From positions 1 through 64,000 of the forward strand of contig OZ025685.1 in the NCBI GenBank assembly GCA_964019335.1: a stretch of DNA of 64,000 nt, given 5' to 3'. The notes beneath the pieces were generated by a model. It worked only from the letters and a program-made list of their open reading frames with translations, was not told the origin of the DNA and ran no database searches. The stretch comes from Diplonema japonicum (taxonomy: Eukaryota > Protista > Euglenozoa: Diplonemea). Both the position numbers and the translations under genes were made by a program. Below are positions 55,801 to 64,000 of this stretch, piece after piece; within the stretch, counting starts at the first letter, position 1, and every line of letters starts with the position of its first letter.

Positions 55801-58800
55801 TCCGTCACGAACCTCCCCTCGAGAATGGGAAGGTGCGGTCTGCGGTGTCTGCCGTCCAGCTTCTTCACCGCCCTAAACGCAGACCCGAGGTCCTTGCTCC
55901 GACTGAGGTCAGCCGCCATCTCACCCCAGGCCGCGCGCTTCGACTCGGTCAAGAGTTGATTCACCTCTTTGACCTTCGCCTTGTACACCGCCGCTACGCT
56001 GTCATCCTCTGTCTCAGCCGACTTGAGGAAGCGATCCCGCAGGGCGTTCCGTTCTTCGAAAGCGTCTTCGAGTTCGGCCGTCCACCAGGGGGTCGGGCCT
56101 CGTCGCACTCCGCAAAGCGGAATGTGGTCGTCAGCTGCATGCAGAAGAGCCTCTGTTACCTCCTTCGTGAAGGAGTCGATGTGACCCTTCGTGTCGATCT
56201 TGGTCAGAAGGGCGGCAGCGGCCGCGGAGAAGTCGTCCCACCTGGCCTTTTTGAAGTTCCAGGTAGGGCAGGGGCGCTCCGAGCAGTAGGCGTCCTCAAG
56301 CGGCAAGCGGAAGGAAACCGGGCTGTGATCAGAGCCCCACGTCCCCAACGTCCTCGGCTCCAGTTCCGCACAACGTCCCACCACCAGGTCCAGAACGCGT
56401 GGCGGTGAGTCCCGCGTCGGCTCGTCTCGGTTGTTGTAGACGGTGTAGCCGTGGGTGTCAAGCCAGTCCCTGACCACGTTCCCCCTTTCGTTGGGCGTTG
56501 TCACCTTGGCATCCCAAGAGCTGTGGTGTGCGTTGAAGTCGCCAGCAACGATCGTGTTCTTCCCCACAGGTAGGCTGCCCGGCCGTAGGTACTCGGGGTC
56601 CCTTGTTCCTCTGCTTATACTCACAGGCGTGAGGTACACGTTGGAGAGGGTGACCGGGACGCGCTTCACACAGGAGATCCTCACGTCTAATCGCTCAGTG
56701 ACACTGTCACCTTCAGGGAGTACGAAAGGAGCTTCCTCCGAGGCAAGGCAGTCACGGACATACGTGATGACACCACCGCCTCTCGTCGCAGAGCCGTCCG
56801 TCACCGGTGTTGTGCGGTCCCTCCTGTAGGACGTGTATCCAGGCAGGTATGGTGTCTCATGCCCCTCCCTAAGGTGTGTCTCCTGGATCATAATGATATC
56901 CAGCGTCAGTAGGACAGCGTGGTAGGACACGGTTGACCACTTGGCGGCAAGACCGTTGCAGTTCCAGGACAGGACCCTGAGTCCCTTCGGCTTCGGGGGT
57001 GGGAGCTTCTTAGGTGGACCGGGGTTCGTCTCAACCAGCCCAAGCAGCCCCAGCAGGTCCCTGGCCGACATCCGTTCAAGTAAGGAAGGGATCAAGGAAG
57101 GGAGGACGTCGTACAAGTGATGTGGAAGGTGTCTCCTCGGCTGTATGCGCGGGAGACCAGGAGAGGGGGCGTGGTCGTCGATCTGCCGCCCCCCCTGCTC
57201 AGCGGGACCCCTTCAATTGGCAGGGGCGGGGGCCGGGCCCACAGAGGCTGCCCGTCCACGGCCGACCCCGTTGGGGGTAGCAGAGTCGCCAGCCAGCGAC
57301 TGGGCGCGTCCCCTTCCGCCCCCTTGCTCCGTCGATGTCGGGTAGGGGCCTGGCGTGCTTACGCCCTGCGCCTGGTGCCCCTTCGTCCCTGCCTTGGACC
57401 CAGCCTTGCCGCCCTTGCCCTTCCCAGCAACTGCCGTCCGCCCAGCTCCGTCTGCAGATGACGCCGGCGCGCCAAGTGACGCTGCCATCTTCTCCTGGAG
57501 GTCGCGGACCGTCGCCTGCAGACCGTCGATGGTCGCCTGCATCGACTGGATCAGCGCGAGGAGCGCCGGGACCTCAGGTTCCGGTGCGGGATTCTTCTTC
57601 TGGGAGTCACGGGGAGGTGTCGTGGTCGGGGAAGCCGCAGAGGAGACCGGAGTCACAGTGCCAAGTGGCGGAGGGGCAACAGAGCTCGGTGGAGATGACC
57701 ACGGATTGGTGCTCGGCAGCCCTGTGGACTGCACCGTGGGGCCAGGGGCCGGCGTCGGCGTCTGGGCCGTGGTTGCCGCAACCGGCGTCCGAGCCGCGGG
57801 TGGAGCCTTCTTGTTGGTGCGGGGCGGGAGCGTGACGCTCGGGTGGTCCTCCGCGTCGTGCAGTCGAACGAGACGAGAGCCGAAGAGCCATGTCCTGGCC
57901 TTGGGGGGCGGGGCGTCGGCGACGATGAAGAACACGAGTTGCCTCGTGCCCTGGAACGCCGTGTCAGAGCGTCGGATGATGGACGACGGCTTCCAACCGA
58001 TGTGGTCCATCATCCCGTCGAAGGCTGCCCTGGTAACAGACAGCGGGGCTCCGGTGAGCAGGTACCGACGCTTTGTCCTCTGCTTGGCGAGGGCCTCCCT
58101 CAGACGCTGCTCTGTCTCCGGCACCTCACGGTCCAACCCTTGCGATGGGCCACCCCCAGACAACCCGCCCAGTGCCTTCGCCAGCTGGAAGGCCTCCGCC
58201 CTCCCCTCCGCTACGATGGGCACATAGGTGTACCCCCCGCGCCGCTCGGTCGTCCTGACCATGCAGCCGTCGCCCGAGGCCCGGAGTACCGCATGGACGG
58301 ATGCAGCCGGGAGCCGCAGGCCCACCTCGTGGCTCCAGTGCCGCGCCCGCGGCTCGTTCCCGTCGATCTTCTTCGGGCGGAAGATCGCCTGCTCCTCCAC
58401 CGCCACGCCCTGGGTCGCGACGAGGTCCCGAACCCTGGCCTTCGCCGCGTTCACGCTGTCAGCTTTCACGCTGACGTACACTACCTCAGAGCCGCCGTCA
58501 AAAGAAGCGAGTGGGGTGTAGGAGGGGGGGTTCGACCCGACCGAGAAGGTGTGCACGGCCTTGTGCACGGCACGCTGGCCGGCGAGTACGATGACGGTGC
58601 ATGGGGTGGTCGAACCGGCAACCTCCGTCAAGAGGACGAAGGTCAGGGAGGCCGTGGGCCAGTGCGAATCGCGTCCACCTGCTGGAGGTCGTCGAGAGCG
58701 ACGACGGCGCGGGGCACCTCCTCAGGGGGAGCAGTGTTGGTGTAGATGGGGGCGTCCCACGTGTCGGGGACCAGATCCCAGTGAGGCTCCGGGGCCGGTG

Positions 58801-59493
58801 CGGGAGCGGGGGCCGTGTTCTTCTCGTCGGTGTCAGAGTCCGACATGGGGAGGGCGGTGTCGCAGGCAGCGGCAGTGAGGACGGCAGTAGACCACACGGC
58901 TGCAGTAGAGGCTGGAGCAGGCGCAGGAGCAGGGGAGTCGGCAGCAGCAGGCGCAGGAGCAGTGGTGTCGGCAGCAGAAGGTGCAGGAGCAGTGGTGTTG
59001 GCAGCAGCAGGTGCAGGAGCAGTGGTGTCGGCGGCAGCAGTCCTCATCCTCGCCCTCCTGACCTCTGGCGTGTCGACCGTGAACGAGGTGACAACGCCCG
59101 GCGACTCGCTAATTAAGACGACAGAGTCGTCGGAGCCCGAAGCGGCGGCGGTGGCAGCGTCAGCAGCTGCTGCCTTCTGTCTGGCCCTTCTGGCCGCCTT
59201 CTTCCCCTGCCCGGGGGAGGGTGTCACCACCGGCGTGACCCCCTCTGCGCGCTTCCTCTCCACCTCCTCGCGCGTGCGCTTCGCCCTGGCGGCGGCGTTG
59301 TCCTTTACCCGCTCACCGCGGGCTTTCTCCAGGATTTCTTCCGTCCTGGACTTGTGGTGAGCGGGCCTCTTTTTCTTCTTGTTGGAGGTCGACATGTTTC
59401 TTTTCTTTTCTTTCCTTTCTTTTTTGAGTTTTTTTACTTTTTTGAGTTTTTTACTTTTTCCTTTCTTTTCTTTTCTTTCCTTTCTTTTTTGAG
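52820..59493 (-). mobile_element. Near full-length Ingi/I-like LINE (element B) with frameshifts: ORF1, 2A-like, APE, RT, RNase H, A18 tail
   Basis: ORF1 59395-57213 (frameshift ~58650). ORF2 has APE motifs SWNCNGL, IQETHL, GDFNAH and GSDHSP, RT YADD and RNase H (frameshift ~54370). 3'UTR is homologous to element A. Confidence 0.92.
57015..57059 (-). other. 2A-like (StopGo) peptide upstream of the APE domain
   Basis: DLLGLLGLVETNPGP versus consensus LL..GD(V/I)E.NPGP; the conserved D is L here. Confidence 0.65.
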
Positions 59494-59960
59494 TTTTTTT
59501 CAGGACGATACATATTCCACCATCAATCGGAAGGGTCAGTAAATTTGGTGAGCAAGTTTCATACCTTTTGAAGTGCAAAGAACCAGGTGGTGTGTCATGC
59601 CAAGATCTTTCTGGTGGTCTTTAATGGTGAAGAGAGATGGTTTCGGAAGGATTGCACCTTCGAAGCGAAGCCTTCGTGGCTGCCTTGTTTGGGTTCTTTC
59701 CTGAACGCGTTTTACGTTTATTGCGCAAAGAGAGATGGTGTCGTCCCTGACCTGCCAACAGCACGCAATGTCACTTCCTTTTTCGTACCACACACCATGG
59801 AGAGTGTATCCAGGAGCAGTTGCTGGACCCCCTTCTCCTGACTCTGCAACCACCGGAGCATTTTGTCCAAACTCAAACACAGGCACCTCTATCATTTTGG
59901 ACCCCCTCCTGTGATGATGGTCATAGTTATATCAAATAAATTGACGCCGGCTTTGAGCAT
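59494..59960 (-). mobile_element. Old, decayed retroelement 3' fragment (element C) upstream of element B
   Basis: Ends CCTTCCGATTGATGGTGGAATATGTAT...AAAAAAA, alignable to the element Z end CCTCCCGCCTGGTAGTGGAATATTTAT...AAAAAAAA; 5' boundary is approximate. Confidence 0.55.
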
Positions 59961-59988
59961 GGAAAAAAAAAAAAAAAAATAACTTTGA

Positions 59989-60106
59989 GGGGCCGAATAC
60001 ACACACTAATATGCAATAGGACAAAGGTGTGGTGGTGGCTGCTCACCTCCGCGTGGTGGCCCTGGGCAACGCGTGAACGCTGAAGGGTGCGCGGCTGAGA
60101 AGCGGC
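59989..60106 (+). ncRNA. HDV-like self-cleaving ribozyme (copy 2)
   Basis: P1 GGGGCCG/UGGCCCU; P2 GCUGCU/AGCGGC (compensatory change versus copy 1); P3 CAC/GUG; L3 CUCCGC; GGGCAAC-P4; J4/2 GCUGAGA with putative catalytic C60095. Confidence 0.82.
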
Positions 60107-61707
60107 TCGGGGGGCGGAGTTGGAGGACGGGGTAGCGTTGGGCGGCCGAGGACTGTAGCCGGGCGCCGTGTTGGAAGGCATCTCCTGGGGAGGCCACCCA
60201 CGCACCAGATGGAAGGCCGGAACGGAGGACGCCGTTGGATGGCACTCCTGGGGAAACTGACCTGCAAGCCCGAGTGAAGTGGCCGGACCGGGGGGCCTTG
60301 TTGCAGACAAAACAAGATTAAATGCAAATATGTCCAGAGTGGTCAGCAAGGTTCTCCCGTGAAGGGTTTTTCCCCGAAGTAAGATCGCCAGTCGCTATAG
60401 CGGGCTGGGACCCCTGCGGAGGGGTAATCGGAGCGAAGGCGTGCAATGTCTGGTCGACCACTTTAAGGGATCGTAAGCCCATTGAGTGACACAGTCGTCT
60501 GTGAAGGTCCGGTGTTGCGAAGGAAAAGAAAAAACGCCGTTTTTTCGGCAACAAGGGGGCATAAGAAACAGACGGGGCACCGGTAGCGGGGGTGTAAGAC
60601 CACTCAGACTCGGTCTGAGCAAAGGCATTCTCTCCCATCGCGCGGCGTGTGCGTGGTTGCGTGCGGCGGCGACACCCACCGTTCCTGTTCATTCCACCAG
60701 CGTCGAGAGGCTGAGACCGATCTCGCGCACAGTGGAGGCCACAGGTTGTTCCCGGCGCCCTTGTAGCGTTGTCAGTCCTGCCCCAACTGAAAGGCCAGTC
60801 AGGACACAGGCTAACTGGGTACAGGTACTCGGACAACGGTGGGGTGAACAGGAGCGGTGGGTTGTGGCTGGTGTCGCTGGTGAGTGGCGTACGGTTTGTG
60901 CTGGTTCCGCTGTGTTGTGGTGTGATGCGTGCGGCGGCGTCGCCGCCTGAAGGGCGCCGGGGGTGTTCCAGCGTACCCCATCCGAGAGACGTGAGGCTGA
61001 GACCGGTCTCGCGCGAAGTGGAGGCCACAGTGTTGATCCCGCCCTTCAGGCAATGACCGCCCTGTCGCAACTGGAAGGCCAGACAGATCGGTAGCCGAAC
61101 TGGGTACAGATAAACGGATCGACGGTGGGGTGCACGGGGACACTGGAAGAGAACTGGTTGCGGTGGAGGTGCGCTGGTCTGTCTGTGTGGCGTGGGCTGC
61201 TGGGTGCGAGGCGTGCTTTGCCGGGCCGGCAAGAAGTAGAAGTAGATTTAAACCTTTTTAGTAATAGTTTTGCCCTGTCGTGCGCCCCAACTTCTTTCTT
61301 CCTCTCTGGTTATGTTTTCTTTACATTTATTTCCAAAGGCTCCACAGCCCAACAAAACCGGCTGAAGGGGATGCCTCCGTGCCGGTGTGCCTACGAGCAC
61401 TGACGAGGTACCCCACCCCTTGAAATCCCGGAGGTTCGGCCAAAGGGTGCTGTTGTGCGATGCGGGCTGGTGAGATGCCGAGGGACGTTGAAGGTGGGCA
61501 CAGTTGCGAACGCTGGGAGCCCCCGGGCCTGCCCACCTCCCTCGCCCGCCTCGGTACGTATGGATAGTTGTGGGAGGGTTTTCTTTAAACTTTTACAAAA
61601 AAATTGTCACCCCTCTTGTTCCCCCTTTCACTTGCAGGAGGCCCTTCAGGCCTCCTCCCCAGCCTTTAGCTTCGCACGACAGTGGTACATTTATTATTAT
61701 TATTATT
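59989..61707 (+). mobile_element. Non-autonomous retroposon (element P) with HDV-like ribozyme head and (ATT)n tail
   Basis: Flanked by AACTTTGA (59981-59988 and 61710-61717); 5' end homologous to element Y; internal duplication 60700-60845 / 60990-61130; ends CAGTGGTACATTT(ATT)n. Confidence 0.78.
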
Positions 61708-61717
61708 TAAACTTTGA

Positions 61718-61984
61718 AAACCCGGAGGTTCGCCCGAAGGGTGCTGGCTTGGGAAGCGGGCTGGAGAGCTGCCGGGGTCACGGAGGTGGGCGAAGTCGCG
61801 AACACTGGAGCCCACGTACCGGCCCCACCTCCGTCCTCGGTACGTATGGATAGTTTAGCGGAAGTTTCAAGGTTATCTCATTCCTTTCCCCCTTTCGTTA
61901 GATACAGGGAGACCCTTGGTCCACCTGTTCTGTCCCCCCAGCCTTTGCTTCGCATCAGTGGTTCATTTATTTTTAAAAATATTA
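61718..61984 (+). mobile_element. 5'-truncated relative of element P (element Q)
   Basis: Homologous to 61423-61707 (CCCGGAGGTTCG, CCTCGGTACGTATGGATAGTT, CCCCAGCCTTT); bounded by TAAACTTTGA at 61708-61717 and 61985-61994. Confidence 0.78.
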
Positions 61985-62039
61985 TAAACTTTGAGCGTGA
62001 TCTCATAAATCTCGTTAAGCAATCGTCCGCGGTGGCAGA

Positions 62040-62111
62040 TCTCCTATGGTGTAGTGGTTAGCACTCGGGACTCTGAATCCCGCGACCGCGGTTCGAATCC
62101 GCGTAGGAGAA
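62040..62111 (+). tRNA. tRNA-Gln(CUG)
   Basis: Acceptor TCTCCTA/TAGGAGA, anticodon arm CGGGA-CTCTGAA-TCCCG, T-arm CGCGG-TTCGAAT-CCGCG; T7 terminator. Confidence 0.9.
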
Positions 62112-62304
62112 TTTTTTTCGGCCCTGAAACACCAGCTGCTAAACTGTCATCACCTCAACTAGCTCTGGTTTTGACACCAACGTTGCCACCCCAGCCTCTG
62201 GCAAAAGGGCTAGGAAGAAGGCCACCAGAGCTGCATACACTGACGCCGCCGCACCTTGAGAAAAAAGAAAGAATCAGGGATTTGCAAAAATAAATAAAAT
62301 GTTA

Positions 62305-63189
62305 CTAATTAATTATGCAAGCACAATGAGGTTCTCTACAGTGTATAAATTCAGTTTGCTGCTGTTGTTGCTGTTGCTGCTGTTGCTGTTCGTACCTCCT
62401 GCTTCTGCTGTACAGTGATTTCCTAAGAGACTGCGCTTCTTCGCTTCTATCTCGCAGCCGCTGGTTGACTGCCTCGTTCTCTCTTTCAAGGTCCCGGATG
62501 TGGTGATATTGTCGTTTCAGAGTCTCCTCCATCTGTTTGACACGCAAGTCATCTGAAGTACAGAGAGGCGACAGGATCTGAGGAGGGTTGTGGATTTCTG
62601 TTTTCAGGTCACTTGAAGTGATATTGCTTGTCGAGTCGAAGGCACCTTCTGAACTATTGACTGCAAACCACACTTCGATTATGCAGGTGGCCTTGGGTGA
62701 GAGAGTGACTTTCCCTTTCCGTCTGGTCGGGTGGTAGGCTTCTAGTACAACGTTATTTTTTGCAACTGTATGATAATATTTTTCAATAACGTTGTAGCAC
62801 AGCAACTCGAAAACCAAAGTAACGGCTGGTCTCAGCTTTCCCTTTGCCGTGTACATAACATTCTTGCTAAAGGTATTCATCCCCTCCCACGTGAGTTTCA
62901 CAACACGCCCTTCATGTTTCATTACAACTTGGCCCTCTGCCAGGGGTGCATTCAGCACTACTTCTTTCTTATGCTGGATCTTTATGGTGTATCTATTATA
63001 TGCTGTGTCGATGACGTTGTTGTTCAGCACTAGTTCACATGATTTGAGGAACAGAAAGGCAGTCGCCGGCATCTTAACTGCTTTGCTACTAGCACTCGAG
63101 ACAGCGGAAGGCGTTAGTGAGCAATACACCGGATCAGGTTCCCCTTCGCCTTCTAGAGTGGCCAGGGCCTCAGTGGTGAGGTAGGCCAT
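62305..63189 (-). CDS. Unknown protein: beta-rich (C2-like?) domain, coiled coil and polyQ
   Basis: 294-aa ORF on the cluster strand. Confidence 0.65.
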   Translation of the reverse strand: MAYLTTEALATLEGEGEPDPVYCSLTPSAVSSASSKAVKMPATAFLFLKSCELVLNNNVIDTAYNRYTIKIQHKKEVVLNAPLAEGQVVMKHEGRVVKLTWEGMNTFSKNVMYTAKGKLRPAVTLVFELLCYNVIEKYYHTVAKNNVVLEAYHPTRRKGKVTLSPKATCIIEVWFAVNSSEGAFDSTSNITSSDLKTEIHNPPQILSPLCTSDDLRVKQMEETLKRQYHHIRDLERENEAVNQRLRDRSEEAQSLRKSLYSRSRRYEQQQQQQQQQQQTEFIHCREPHCACIIN

Positions 63190-63246
63190 TTGTGTAAACC
63201 TGCTGGTTGCAATAATGAAGAGAACAGACAGACAAATACGTGCGAT

Positions 63247-64000
63247 CTACTCACTCTTTGAGTCAACAAACTTTTGGAAAGCGCTGGCAGTCCTCCCACC
63301 GTAGTACTCGATCCCGGTTTTGTCGGTTTTTGTGAAGAACTGTGATAAACTTCTTTTTCTTTTTTTTTTTTTGTATTTTTATACCTTTAGTGTAGGGTAT
63401 CCATGCACGCTGTATTTCTGACCAACGGCCGTATGCTTGGCAGCATCCACTTCCGCGATGACAATGTCGGCATCGTCGGTCTGTGCTGCAAGGCGGACCC
63501 ATTCAGGCTCGAGGGCTTTACAATGCCCGCACCAGGGTGCGTAGAACTTGACAAAGACGTTCTTTGTGGGGTCGTTTATCACGCCTTCGGCATTAGCACC
63601 AAGTACCATCACCTGCCCCGGTTTATGTGGTTGAGCAACTTCGTCCTCTTCCTGCACAACAGAAACAGTTCCAAGCTCCACGCCGAGATAAGAGAGCAAG
63701 CTCTGCGTATCCCGACCACCTGTGTACTTCTTGAAAGTACCATCCTCCCTAATCAGCATGATAGAGGGAAAGCCCTTCACCCCGTACTTCTCAGCGATAC
63801 CTCCAGATCCTTGCTGTGTGGCGTCGAACTTTCCAATGTGAATGCCGTCCACTGTCTCTGCAGCAGTACCAAGTTCCTTCCACACAGGGACAAGCTTCTT
63901 GCACCACCCACACCATGGTGCATAGAATTCGATCAGCCAATCTTTGCCATCAACCTGTCCATTAAAGTTACCGCTTGTCAGTTCAGCAACGCCTTCTATC
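63247..64000 (-). CDS. Protein disulfide isomerase / thioredoxin-domain protein (5' end outside window)
   Basis: EFYAPWCGWC and KFYAPWCGHC domains; an intron after YPTLK leads to the final exon FFTKTDKTGIEYYGGRTASAFQKFVDSKSE*. Confidence 0.88.

Noticed and set aside
53357-58650. Programmed frameshifts within element B (~54370, ~58650)
   Set aside because: Element A is continuous across the RT/RNase H junction and no slippery heptamer was seen, so decay or indel error is the simpler explanation.
59400-59960. HDV-like ribozyme at the 5' end of autonomous element B
   Set aside because: No P1/P3/L3/GGGCAAC pattern was found on the minus strand; the region is an A-rich leader preceded by another element's 3' end.
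61365-61432. Hammerhead ribozyme (CTGACGA...GAAA)
   Set aside because: Stem II and stem I do not pair, and the only stem III partner gives a disallowed G at the cleavage position.

Overview
Eukaryotic genomic DNA, most likely a diplonemid (Euglenozoa). A 38-nt diplonemid-type spliced leader is embedded at 2204-2241. All ~18 host protein genes lie on the minus strand as one directional cluster, and several are split by very short (31-55 nt), A/C-rich GT-AG introns. Host genes include a divergent argininosuccinate synthase, a USP deubiquitinase, Hsp33, MRT4, an RIIa-domain protein, eIF2-alpha, a cNMP-regulated channel, a STE kinase fused to a kinesin-like domain, Nup160 and a PDI. The most striking region is 42.7-62.1 kb, where four tRNA genes (Lys, Asn, Leu, Gln) are surrounded by ~19 kb of retroelements. 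These are stacked head-to-tail immediately upstream of the Lys, Leu and Gln genes, co-oriented with each tRNA and mostly separated by repeated target-site duplications. The stack contains an Ingi/I-like LINE (ORF1, in-frame UGA, 2A-like peptide, APE, RT, RNase H, Zn finger) and non-coding (ATT)n-tailed elements that begin exactly with an HDV-like ribozyme fold supported by covariation between two copies. Also present: an SL-capped, polyadenylated retrocopy; a second retroposon type that inserts into T-tracts and has no poly(A) tail; a hAT-like deletion derivative; and MITEs. All calls are from manual reading; no database searches were run.
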